Positions 1-11,815 of a stretch of 64,000 nt of DNA are shown one piece after another. A program made the translations under genes and the position numbers. Source of the DNA: Lophium mytilinum (lineage: Eukaryota); contig MU004182.1 in the NCBI GenBank assembly GCA_010093605.1, positions 2,527,195 through 2,591,194 of the forward strand, written 5' to 3'. Each line of letters starts with the position of its first letter. The first letter of the stretch is position 1. The notes below the pieces were generated by a model that saw only the letters and a list, made by a program, of their open reading frames with translations, was not told the origin of the DNA and searched no databases.

Positions 1-71
1 CAATCCAAGCAATGTGGTGCGCAACCACCAAATCTGTATCCGAGCTTCTAGTAATCAAGCCAGGATTGAGC

Positions 72-2197
72 CTACTCGTGGGCGTGGCTTTGCTTCGTCT
101 TCTTCGTACGAGTGACGCTCTGCCATATATCCGTCCAGATTCCTAGGGGTGCGTCGATGCTCGCTTCATAGGCGTCAATCGCCGGTCGCTCCCAAACGAG
201 ATCGGCCTCAAGTGGTTTGACAAACTTCGACCTCTTGATGAGCTTGAAGCCTATCCAGGCCACGACACAAATAAAGCACATCGCGTAGTAAGTCATGAAA
301 GTTCCGACGTCGAAGGAATAGAACACCGCATATCCGTAGATGCAAAGCGTGACAGTCATGGTGATAAGGCCAGCGATGGCCACGTAGGGCTGGCCCCAGC
401 CCTTGTATGGAAGGCTATTGCGGTCGTAGCCTTGAGCCTTCATGGCGCGGTAGAAGAACAGGTAGATGGTGCACATGAAGATGTAGTCCAGAAGCTGAGC
501 AGCCTGGGTGATGTTTGCTAGCCTAGAAAATGTTAGCTTGGGTATCTGAGAAAAGAGGATGATTTGGAATACCATTTTACACCCTGTGCAGCACCGCTGC
601 TGACCGAGAGGAAGCCCAAGAATGGGAAGATCATAGTCACGAGGAAGCAGTAGATCGGGATTCCCTTCTTGGTAGTCTTCCGCAGGAACCTAGGCGCATG
701 GCCATCAATGGATAGCGAGTAGAGTGTCCGGGTAGCGCAGTAAACGTAGGAATTGCCTAGAGATGTGTCAGTTCATGGAGGTCGAGAATTAATTCTAAGT
801 TGAAAGGAGTGACGTATGGCTAGCAATAAATAGACGTCTTGGAACTGTAACGATCGGATAGATTCGACATACCGGCTGAGAAGATAGACGTGACCATGAG
901 GGCATTCGTAAGGTCAGGCAGAACCGAGATTCCCATGTTCTTCATCGCGATGACGTAGGGCGAAGACGCTCCGGTGCCAGTTCCGACGTTGTTCAGGAGG
1001 TCATTAAGGGTTGGATCGTCGTATGGCAGGATGATACCGACGCAAAGGGCTCCGAGAATGAAGAAGATTCCGAATCGCCAGTACATGGTTTTAAAGGCTG
1101 CCTTGATCGTCACACGGGGATAGATGGCTTCTCCAGCAACCATGGCGACGTACTCCGGACCGACAATCGTGAAAGAAGCTTGGAAGTATGCGCCCAAAAA
1201 TCCTTCGAACCGGCCGAGAGATCCAGTGTGAATATACTCCGCAAACGAGCCAGGCTTGTTCCAGTTTCTGAATCCATAGGCGTCGTGTTTGGGATTACCA
1301 CCAACCTGTGGAACTATCAGCAGTGCATGTAACATCTTGTGAAGTTGGCTTACCATGGTGACGAAGGTGAAGCAAAATAGCATGATGATAAGGATGATCT
1401 TGCCAGAGGCACTATGGACGTTTAGCCTTCTCTTGAACAACCGACAGAGACGGGGAGCTCACAGCCAGAATTCGCTCTCGCCATATGCTCGCACGGCAAG
1501 AAGGTTGATGGCGCTGGATAGAGTTAGTGAGGTGCTTGGGGCTTGCGCTTATGGGTATGGTATCGTACGCGTATAGGACGACGCAGGCGGACACGACGGC
1601 GGCAACGGGGATATCATCTCTCCAGAAAGTCAAGACTAGATTGAGCGCTGATATCTCGAACGGGATCAAGACAGCTTCATATAGCTACAGGTGTTGTTAG
1701 CATCCTCCTGTGCCTCGAGGCGAGGCCAGCCCTGCGGATCGGACTCCACGAATCCGATCAACCGACGTCATGTCGACACAAGGCTAGGTACACGGAGCTC
1801 TTCAAGAACTTACAAAGAAGTTCCAACCCGCCATGAAGCCGTATGCTTCGTCTACCCACATAGAGCCCATGCGGACCCAGCCACCAACGACTGGCATGAA
1901 GACGGTCATCTCAGCCATGCAGCTGTTGACTAGGGCCAAGAACCCGCAGTATATGGCGAAGGCGAGGAACAAGCTCCCCGGACCGCCCTCAATGAGGCCC
2001 CAGCCGATACTGACGAAGAGCGCAGTGCCAATTGAGCCTCCGATGGCAATCCATTGGATCTGGCGGTTGGATAGGCGGCGATGGAGGCCACTGACATCTT
2101 CGACGACGGCTTCGCGAGCGTCTCCTTCGTCGCCGCTGTACGTGGGCGCGGCTGTCTTCTCCTCGACCGCGGCTTCGTCTTTGGAAAAAAACTTCAT
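72..2197 (-). CDS. Amino-acid permease (APC/YAT family), 7 exons
   Basis: LHRRLSNRQIQWIAIGGSIGTALF and GPEYVAMVAGEA motifs. GT-AG introns at about 1813-1685, 1568-1515, 1462-1412, 1353-1307, 871-757 and 572-524 join the ORF fragments into one hydrophobic frame. Confidence 0.93.
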
Positions 2198-2409
2198 GGC
2201 GAGCAATTCGTGTGTTGGTTACACCAGGCGGGTGCCCGCGAGAGAGGGCACCCGGACTTATAAGCGTCGCACAGCTGCATGGCACACAGGCAGGCAGTCC
2301 CAGGACCCCGACTACGGGTGCGGCATCCTTCACTGCAGGGAACCGCAAATCGCGGCTGGAGTTGTTTGTCGACGTAGACAACTTCGGGGAAGGCCCAGCA
2401 GCTAGTCCG

Positions 2410-2860
2410 GCGTCGGCGATAACCCTAAGGCAATCTCGACAGGGCCTCACAAGCAGGCCGATCCTATCACAGACGGTGTATTTGAGAGTAAGTTACGCGT
2501 GGGGCGGCCCTGGATAAGCTGGAGAAAACTCTATGGGGAGATTCTATCCCTGCAAACTAACTCATTGCTCTTAGAGGCTCTAGATAGCGTCTGTGTAACC
2601 CCGATACGGAATAACAAAACCGACCAGTCAGAAGCATTGTGTTTTAGCGGAGTTTTATCCGTAGTTTAGGTTACGTCGGGGCGTGGTCTCGATCGCCCAA
2701 TACCCCGTGCCGTCAGGTGAGATAATGATAAGTATAGTGAATGCCAGTTTCCTGCTGTAATTCGATTAGGTTGCTACTGATTTCGTTGACTTGGGAACAC
2801 ATTCCATTCACTGCACTTAGCCACGTGACGCGGTACTGAGTATCCGAATCTTATCTCGAT
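2410..2860. promoter_or_regulatory. Cluster of GATA(A/G) sites upstream of the permease (candidate AreA/NIT2 nitrogen-control region)
   Basis: About 9 GATAR motifs on both strands, including AGATAATGATAAG near 2720, plus CGG/CCG half-sites. TTATAA lies about 60 bp upstream of the ATG. Confidence 0.55.
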
Positions 2861-4067
2861 TCGGCCCGATTTCACGTCATTGTCTGGTTGTCACAGCGGA
2901 CTTACTGTCGCTCCCTTTACAGCTCTCATATCAGTGTCACTCCTGAGGTCATTGCACCTCCGGTGACTCTCGTACCAAATTCACTGCACACTGCGCATTG
3001 TGTCACTCTACATCGAGGGCACTCAGCTGTCATGGCCCTTCAAATTATTCGCCACGCTTTCGCCTCTACCGGCGCTTACAGGCATTCCCTAAGCTCGGTT
3101 GCGGGAATAGATGTTTTGGGGGCATAGGGGCGGTATTGAAAACTCTTGCGAGTGGGTTGTTTTCTAGTACGCGAGTCATGAGAAGGTGGGCATCATGGAA
3201 CAAGACGATGGAACCAGAACAAGGCAAAAACGTAATGTCACGATGACTTGCATTGAGGGAGAACTGTCTTGGGAACATGAGGCTGAGGCTTTGGTGTTCG
3301 GTACAATGCCTCGTCATACGTCCTTTACCCTCCGTTGCTACTCTCAAGGGTATTTCAGCATACTATCAGAGCTTCAAAAGAGAAGTAGGCCGTTGCTTGC
3401 TATAGTGTGTAAAGCCATTGAGGTCGCCTACCAAGTCCTTCGTTCTAGCCTCAGCAAATGACAATCTTTCTCCCCTGAACTCGAGACGACGGAACAAAAA
3501 CCCTAAAACAAGAGAAGATTATCCACACCCATACCCTTGGGCGAGGTTGAAAAAGGGACAATGACTTTCTAGTTACGCCAAAGCGCTTGCTAGTCAAATG
3601 GCCTAGAGAAATGAAACTTTTCATATAGGCTTTATTAGAGAAGGAGCGTTTTCGCGTGTTCAATCGAAAGATTAAACCGCCCTTGGATTGACAAGGCTCT
3701 TGATATACTTCAGGCGGCGTTTAAAAAATCTACTGAAGCTTTTACCAAAATCCTCAATCTGAGCCGAAGGAGGTTCGCAATACGCCATCCGTTGCGTCGT
3801 TACTTCCACAGTCAAATGGGGGGATGGCCCAATTCTCCCTGTCAATCGAGAAACTCTATCTAAACCACACCATACAAATCTACTAATACGCCACCTACTT
3901 GCAACTCCGAATATTTCTATTACAGCCCATATCCTAGACCTGCACCTTTCTTCTAGTGAGAGGAGACGTGATAGCGATTCCTCGAGGAGAGCCGCCATCT
4001 GGCAAAGCATCAACACTAGACCATCAAGCATCATCACGAAAGATCGGAATAGCGCGCCTGAGCGTCG

Positions 4068-5307
4068 ATGGAGCATCCGGAGAACTTCAAGTCCATATCA
4101 AGATTGAAGCCATACCGAGAAACTATCGAGGTTCTTCGCCTTGCCGATGAAAAGCAACGCCTGGGAACCCAAGATACTCCTCAGGACAGCTGTCGAATCA
4201 CGGAGTTACCAACTGAGATACTACAACAAATTCGTTCTTGCCTTCCACCATCATCAGCCGCGGCATTCGCCCTGACTGCGCGTGCCCTCAGCCCGACTCG
4301 CTGAAGTAAAAAAGCTGACAACACCACAGTGCCACTCAATTGCCACCATCATCGGCACGGAATCGTGGTCGAACCTCGAGCAAGACGTCAGGAAGACAGC
4401 GCGATGCAACTTTGGGCGAGCCATGGAGAGAGGCACCCCAGACGGCCTATTCTGCTACCACTGCGAGCGTATGCATCGGCTTGTCAAAGTCGAATCTGGC
4501 AAGCTCCGAGATCACTACACGCTCTGCAAGCTGAAACAACTGAGCATCCGGGACCCAGCAGCAGCTAACAAGTACCTACGTTTTATGATGAAGCGGATGG
4601 GCTTATCCTGCGACTACATCCTCCGCATGTCCCAATGGGAGGCCTACTGGAAGCATCTATCTCAAACCCGGCTCGTCATGAACCCGCTCTTCTCGCCGCA
4701 AGAATCGACCCAGCTCTTGCCGGGCATGCCATTCCAGATGCGCTCGGGGGCATATGTCATACGCCCCGTGTCAATTCCACAATCTATCCCACCAGCCCGA
4801 CCTCTCCAGTTCTACCAGATCAACCGGGTGACCCGTCCTCAAGAGCGCTTTCCACCGGAGCCAATGGATCTCGAGGGATCATCGCGGTCATCGCGGTCGT
4901 CGCGGTCGTCAAGATTGCAGCCTCACAGTCGCTCTGGTAGCAGTGACGCATCAAGCATCCGTACATACGACTCATCAAAACGCCATCACCGTGGCCGGAG
5001 GATGATTGCGAGTCTCCGAAACCTCAAGCGCTCTACGAATCGGCGGAGATCAGAGAAAGCGCCTGCTTCGAAGTCGCACGAGGCCTCCTCCGATGGCCAC
5101 GGCACTATACTTAGGGGGTTCTGCGCGCTGAGAAATTCACCCCGACTGGAGGATAGAACAGAAGATATGAGAGTGATGAGGGATATTATGTGGTTCCAAG
5201 AACGGAGACTTTGGCAGGCGGCGGAAAGCCGGAGCACGGATGGTTGGAGCTCCAATGGTGTGGGGTTCCCATCTCGAGGTCCGCCATGGTTCATTCTCAC
5301 ACTGTGA
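4068..5307 (+). CDS. F-box domain protein, 2 exons
   Basis: F-box-like ITELPTEILQQIRSCLPPSSAAAFALT joins in frame to CHSIATIIGTESW through a 52-nt GC-AG intron (4278-4329). FCYHCERMH CxxC motif follows. Confidence 0.7.
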
Positions 5308-5908
5308 TCTACCGCGCTTTCTCGAGGGTGGGGGTTCATAGGGTTGTCTGGGCCATTGCTTCGTGATTCTTGATGTCTCGAGGTCGTAGGCTTCGCTTCT
5401 TCTCTCTTCACCTCCTAATTTCCTGCGTTGGCTAGACACAATTCCTCAAAAACTCTTCCCACATGCCATGATTGCTATTGCTTCGCTGTATGTCATACCT
5501 GTCAAAAAGATGTCCTTATAATGCTGTAATCTCGACCCCATGGCAGTACTGAAGCTAACATCGAGGAGCCAAGTAGGGAATGCCGATATTTGGGGATTTG
5601 ACTTTGCTGCTTTCTTATTACCTCTGCTACTCTCCCAGTGCTTTGCTACACAAAGGATTTAGGTATTTAATCAAGCAAAGGACTAGGTAGAAGTCAGGGT
5701 GCTTAACTTGTATAGCACACGGAGTAATTTTCAGATAGATTAAATGGCTTCAAATACATTGATTGATAATTGACTCGTATAAACATTGTTTGGTCGAGCT
5801 CCCTACCCATTGAACCCAGAATGAACGCCAATACCCTACCATGCCCTCATAATGCAAAAGTGCGACGATCATGAATGTAACGCCCAACTGGGAGTCTTTA
5901 TAGCGAAA

Positions 5909-7913
5909 TCAAATCTCTATCCTCTCCATCACAGCTGGTGCGGTTGTTTGTGGTGACGCTTTGTTATCTGGTGATGGGTCGACGCAGATAAGTCCGAACC
6001 ATTCCTTCGAGGTGCAAGTAGTTGAACTTGTTGTTGACAAAGGACCTGTGGATGACCTTCCAGGGGGAGAAGTGGATGTAGGGTCTTTGCACCCGCCAAA
6101 CCAACCAAGATGGTTGCATGAGGATGTAGGCGTAGGTACTGTCATTGTGGGCGTAGGAGTAGCGGACGGGACCGTAAGTGTCTCGGTTGAAGTGACTTCG
6201 TCTTTGCAGCCGAACCAACCAGGCTAGTTAACGTTAGTATTAGGACATAGTTTATTAGTTATGAGTGCGTACCGTCTTGCAAGTAGAAGTAGTCGTGGTT
6301 GTGATTGAAGAGGTCGAAGTTGTTGGCCCACTTGTGGTACTTTCATCCAGACATCCCCACCAACCAGGCGTTTTGCAGGTTTCAGTGCGAGTCCTCGTGG
6401 ACGTTGCCGTGGAAGTCATGCTTCGGGTCGTTGTTGAGGATTCCGTCCCATTGCTCTCAAAGAATTCCCAGGGGTAGCAGTCGGTGCAGTTGACATATTG
6501 TTTGCACTCTGCCGGCTCGTCATATTTCATTATAACGTCGTTAATGACGCTGTGGATCTTGTGGGTTCCGATTCCAACTCGCCATCCAAAATCATCGACG
6601 GTATTGTAGGTACACTTAAACCCAGTATGGCACACGCTCTGCATGGCATATCCGCCGAAAGTGCAGGATGAGCTTGCTTTGTTGCACTCGCCCATGAAGA
6701 CTGGGTCGGCAGTGTGGCCGAAGTGGTAGCCGCCAGTCATTTTCCGCTGTTGGAGTGCACCCACTTGATGACCCGGAGGGGTTGGGAGCCCAAGGCGAGC
6801 GGCTGGCATAGCCTCTGGAACAGCTTCAAAAGTGACCACTGGAAGGCCAAATGTCAGACCAAGGAAGCTGCTCACAGCACCGCCGAGCGAGTGGCCCGCC
6901 ACCCATATGTCCGCATCCGGGTACAAGGCGGTAACATTGTGGTACAAGTCCTGGGCGGCATAATAATACCGATTCTTGTCCCGCAAGGCCTTGACTAAAC
7001 AGGTGGAGTTGCAGGTGTAGGCGCTTGTTTGGCATTCGCATACGGTTCTCCAGAGATATTGTCCACCTTGACCACAGCAACAGCTGAAGAAAAGGTTGTC
7101 GTTGATCTTATCGTTGGTCGTGGTCTCAGATCCGTCAAATACGGCCGGCGAGGTACCCTTTAGGCCAATGACTACAGTGGAGTTCTCTGTATCTGCGAAA
7201 ATGTGTCCACGGAGGCCGTCTGTTTCCCAGCCAAAGTCTTCGGTGTAGTTGTAGCCTCCTCCCACATCCTCCCACTCGCCCGTGTTGGGTTCCATCACAT
7301 AGGCGTTTGCCGCCATCCTGGCGAAGCTCAACACGGTCTCTTTGTCTGTAACATTTGGTCCGTAGATTTCGTCAATAGTCCAGTCTGAGGCGGGTAGCGA
7401 AATAGCCTGGCCAGTCATACGCCCATGGTCCAAGATGGAATTTATGTTCTCTGGACTCCTGTCCACCAGCCGCTCAATGTTCATGGCCTCAGACCGGGCG
7501 CGAAGGCGGGGAACGGGCTCCCTGTCTAGAGATTCATCCTCCATCATCCACAACGGAGCGTCCTCTGGTACATCGAGCTTCCTGTGCAGGTCTGGGTACT
7601 GGTAGGTCCCATGGTGGAATATGTGTTTGAGTTTCTGCCAGGCAACCAGGTATTAGTAGCGTCATCACAGCGAGCGAACGGTTGAACCTACAAAATCAAG
7701 CTCTCTGGGAGCTTTCCCGGGCTCTGGAGAAGGGCCTCCCCCCGGAATGAGCCCGGGAAGTATTACAGGTATCTCTGGATCATTCTCGGGGCGCGAAGCG
7801 GCGGTAAGGTGGAGGGTAGATGAGGATATAGCGAGAAAGGACAGCAAAAGGCGGGCAGTCACCCTCCCGGCGGAGTGACAGCGGAGATGAGGGGGCTGCA
7901 TGTTCGCGACCAT
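5909..7913 (-). CDS. ATG15: Autophagy-related vacuolar lipase Atg15
   Basis: GHSLGG lipase motif, [22 protein letters not shown] and an N-terminal hydrophobic anchor. Introns 7691-7635 and 6272-6224; Thr-rich C-terminal tail. Confidence 0.95.
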
Positions 7914-8183
7914 GAAGTAGTGTTCGCAGGCGTCATAGCAGGAGGGACGACATGGCGAGGATGGTGTTATGGTGTTGAGGTGTTGAGGTGAATGATGATG
8001 GGGATGAGTTGTGATGCACGCGGTGGCGTTCGCGCGCTGTGAGTGGTCTAAAGGATGCCTGTCCGCATGACGTTTGGCCCCATGCCGTGCAGCTGCGAAT
8101 AGGCGACGCGGAGGTCTGGTCTGATGTCCACGGCATCCACCATGTTCCCGTGAGCTGCCGCGCCCTCAGATACCTCCACTGTT

Positions 8184-10459
8184 ATGGCCAGTCGCCCGCC
8201 TGAAAAGGGCGTGGACCAGAAGAATCTCAAGGTCCTCCACACCTCCAAGTCCTTCAGCCGTCTCGAGCCCTCCAAGAGCCCCCTCTCCCGCAGCCGCGCA
8301 AGTACCCTCCAAGGGCCCCCGGTGCCTGATATCCTCTTTCCCCAGGATGTCGTGATGTCCCCGTCGGTTGAGGACGGAGAAGAGAAGAAGGACATCTTTG
8401 CCTCCAAAGACGGCGACGAGTCCGTCGATGGAGAGCTGGACGAACAAGATGCCCCCGATATCAAGTTGCCGGACACCTTCGAGGAGCTCCCCATCGAGAT
8501 CCGGAGTCTGACGGAGAGGTGGGAACTTCACTCTGGATAACAATGTGTTCCGTGTATCTAACTATGCGCAGGTTCCTAGAGTCTCTATCCGCCAAAGTCC
8601 ATCCCGCGCCCCTGTCTATCGATGCCCTCTCCGACCTCTATCAAGACTTCTACTCCCGCGCCTCGTCCCATATAGGAACCCACATAGCAACCCTTATTTC
8701 CCGCTTATCACGAGAGCAGTCTACGCCTCCTGGTACAGGCAAGGGGAGCAAACCTGCATCTGTCAACTCCCGGAAAGGGACTGACCCGCCATCAGCTAGT
8801 GAGCAGCAGATGCTAACTGCCTCCGAGATATCAGATCGAAAGAAAGCACGGCGGATATTGGAGCTCAAACGTGGTGCTCTAGAGGAAGCTGTGGAGCGAG
8901 CAGTGTGCGAGAAGCTGTATGAACGCATATGGCGCCATCGGAGCACCGACGACGAGGAGAGGGACCAGAAGCTGAGGTCTCGCACCGCTGCCTTATCGTT
9001 AGTCGGAATAGGCCTCAAGGAGCTCCTTGTAAACACAGACGATGTCACCGAAGATATAAAAGAAAGGACCTCGGAAAAGGAGCTAGAGATCAAAGAATGG
9101 CTGTCTGCGGCCAGGATCGATATCCAGAAGATGGATGACGAGAAGTACCCTCTTGGAAAGCTGCAGCATCTCACTGCAGCGCATAAGAGCATAGTCGAAG
9201 CGCTTTCAAAGATATTCCCGGCCACGTCCTCTGCTGATGAGATACTACCTACGCTAATATACTCGCTCATTACCTCCCCTCCAGCCACCATCAATGTCAT
9301 TAGCAACCTTAATTTCATACAGCGGTTTCGTGGCTCCAGCAGGATGGACGGCGAAGCTGCATACTGTCTCGTCAACCTTGAGGCGGCTATCTCGTTCCTT
9401 GAGACTGTTGACCTATCTTCTTTGCGGGCTAACGAAGGCCCTGAGGGCCCAGGGAAATCAAACAGCCGGCCTACAACCCCTAGAACCGAAATGACGCCTA
9501 TGAAACTGGGTCTTTCACCCGTGGAATCACCTCCTATTAGGCCTAGTATCTCTGGTGTTACAGCCTCTTCTAGCGACCTGAGTGGCTCCCCAACGACGAC
9601 GAAGTCCCAGCGCCGGCTGAGCAACCTCATCCAATCACAAACAACTCGAATCGAACAAGCAAGTGATGCTGTTCGTGAGAGTATAATAGATAGTGCCGAT
9701 CAAGCCCTCGACAGCATCAACAGTACTCTTGAAAACAGCTTCCGCTTCCTCTTCGGCCGCAAGGGCGCCGCACCGGGGCAGCCCGAGCCTTCACTCCCGA
9801 AAACACTCGAGGAGGCCCGAAAGCTCGTTAGTTCCCCTACCATACCAGACGACGACAACGCCAGTGTGAGTGCCGCCAGCTCTATCGCTGAACAGGCCGA
9901 CGAAACTCCCGAGGAAAAACCAGACCTCAATTCGAAGATGGCAGATATATTCGGTGGCCGTCGTCCTATCCGAGATCGCAGCGTAGATAGCACAAAGAGC
10001 GGAGGCAGTAACAACGGGAAGCGTGTCGCTTTCAATGAAGGCAAGGCTGCTAGTCCTACCCCTCCGAAACTAGATCAAGGCACCACAACTACCCCTCCAG
10101 TGGGCAACGGAGCCGTGGAGTCTATGCGTAATCTGGGTAACACGTTGAACCCGCTCAGCCGCTTCCCAAACATGAACATGATCCCTCGCTTCGGTCGAGT
10201 CAATACTCCACCCATCGCGCCACCGGCTGCGGGCGTGGACAAGGGGAGGCAGCTATCAACTCCACCGCTCTCCTCAGAAGATCTTTCCAAGGAGGCTCGA
10301 GCCATTGCCGCACTAGATGTATTGAGGAAAACAACGCCACCCGTAAAACGGTTCCTGGAGTTGAAGGACGTCAAAGAGTTGAAGATCGGGGAGATTGAAG
10401 AGCTACTGAAGGAATACCAGCGGCTCGCAGGTGCTTTGAAGGGCGCGATCAATTCATGA
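8184..10459 (+). CDS. VPS9-domain Rab5 GEF (Muk1/Vps9-like)
   Basis: SSADEILPTLIY and GEAAYCLVNLEAAISFL VPS9 motifs; intron 8519-8571. Confidence 0.9.
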
Positions 10460-10611
10460 TGCATTCCTTGAATCGGAACCTGGAGTTTGGCGTGGTGTTC
10501 GGGGTTACATCGTAGGATAGACTAAATCTCTGTTGTATACGAGAGCGTCATTAGACTTTGCTCAGATCTATCCTCGAAACATCTGCTGGTGACCTGGTAT
10601 CTGTTCCCTGA

Positions 10612-10757
10612 ATGGTGTCTTGTATATCTATATACACCCGCAAAATGCACGCCTGGATAGTTGTGTTCAGCGCACGTAGTATATAGAGCTAGAAGTCTAA
10701 AATACAGCGTTACAACCATTATATCCACTATTTTCTATCATATGGCCTTCGGGCGCC
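10612..10757 (+). repeat. Partial copies of the ~161-bp dispersed repeat (forward, spanning a unit junction)
   Basis: TACACCCGCAAAATGCACGCCTGGATAG...GCTAGAAGTCTAAAATACAGCGTTACAACC matches the units at 20495-21235. Confidence 0.85.
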
Positions 10758-10782
10758 GGGGTCGTGGGTCGAGGCTGTTGTT

Positions 10783-10960
10783 GGAGTAATGGGAGTAGTG
10801 GGAGTAATGGGAGTAGTGGGAGTAATGGGAGTAGTGGGAGTAATGGGAGTAGTGGGAGTAATGGGAGTAGTGGGAGTAATGGGAGTAATGGGAGTACGGG
10901 GAGTAATGGGAGTACGGGGAGTAAGGGGAGTAATGGGAGTAATGGAAGTAATGGGAGTAA
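10783..10960. repeat. 9-bp minisatellite (GGGAGTAAT/GGGAGTAGT)n, about 20 copies
   Basis: Directly visible. The left half alternates the two variants (18-bp higher-order period); GGGAGTACG and GGGAGTAAG variants occur on the right. Confidence 0.98.
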
Positions 10961-11039
10961 AACAGGTTAAAGAGTATAAAGCTGCAAAATAGAGGAAGAG
11001 ACATCTTAAGCCCAATTCTACGAGTATAGCCGATTCTAC

Positions 11040-11336
11040 AAGTATAGCCGGTTCTCCCGCGTGCTGGACTGGGTTATCCTGTCAGTTGTTTGAGAGGTGG
11101 AATTAGCTATTCAAGGCACCCCCAAAGGTATAAGAATTGAACAAAGTGGACAACAAGGTTGTCACGCCGGAATCCACGCATTTGGCTATATTATAAGTGT
11201 ACCTACACCTGTCCACTACGCGCAGACGCGTGCTGAATTAGGCTATCCAGGCGTGCATTTGGCGGGTGTACATAGCTATTGAAGACGCTCGCGGAGGATG
11301 AAGAGTTGCGGGGAATGAAGGTGAAAAAAGTGACGC
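11040..11336 (-). repeat. Two diverged tandem copies of the ~161-bp repeat (reverse orientation)
   Basis: The reverse complement contains GCGTCTTCAATAGCTATGTACACCCGCCAAATGCACGCCTGGATAGCCTAATTCAGCACG and a second GGCGTGACAACCTT...GGGGGTGCCTTGAATAGCTAA. Confidence 0.85.
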
Positions 11337-11637
11337 AACACTCCCATAATTCAGAGACTAACAGTGTGACAGTTCCCACCTGAAGTCGGTAAACGTAGGC
11401 AAAAGTGCTTTTTGCGCGTTATATCGACGATGACGCATCGCAAACCACACTGGCTGGCGGCAGCGAGCGATGCCGATAAGGGGTTGGCAGCGATCTGATA
11501 ACGCCCTTCTCCGGGGACTTGAATGACAATAAGCGGTAGTTTCTAGATCTTCTCTTTGCTTCTGCAATTGAGGGTCTGGACGACGTTGGTTGGTGGGTCA
11601 CGGCTGTTACGGATACGGGCTCTATCTTCAGTCGCCG

Positions 11638-11651
11638 TCGGCCACCTCCGC
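11638..11651. promoter_or_regulatory. CGG-N6-CCG site (UaY/Ppr1-type Zn2Cys6 site) upstream of the xanA-like gene
   Basis: TCGG-CCACCT-CCGC lies about 170 bp upstream of the ATG. GATAA sites at 11475 and 11497; TATATA at 11701. Confidence 0.5.
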
Positions 11652-11815
11652 TTCGGTCGCCTCCTCCAACACCGAGAAAAAGACTTACTCAAGAGCCGAG
11701 TATATATTAGAAGCCCCTCTCCTTTTGGATTGTAGACATCAAAATAGCCTCGTAGAATACGTTCTCAAGTACAATAGTCCCCAAAATTCTGTCTTATCCT
11801 GTCTAAACAAGCAAA

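Noticed and set aside
1685..1813. TPP riboswitch or hammerhead in the structured intron
   Set aside because: The conserved cores (CUGAGA/AUACC...UGAU; CUGAUGA/GAAA) are not present.
3186..3863. Possible RIP-inactivated pseudogene continuing the 91-aa ORF
   Set aside because: Stop frequency after 3461 is about that of random sequence and no domain is recognisable.
4880..4912. 9-bp TCGCGGTCR triplication in the F-box gene
   Set aside because: Ordinary coding slippage (SSR repeats) in a disordered region.
8650..9630. Long antisense ORFs (this one; also 22039-22692, 12010-12558, 56159-56740)
   Set aside because: Shadow frames opposite well-supported genes, explained by codon bias.
10728..11015. 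Periodic ORFs (TPITPT, YSHYSH, GSNGSS, GVMGVV) that look like repeat-peptide/RiPP precursors
   Set aside because: They are translations of the 9-bp minisatellite in several frames, with no Kex2 sites, convincing start, or DUF3328 neighbour.
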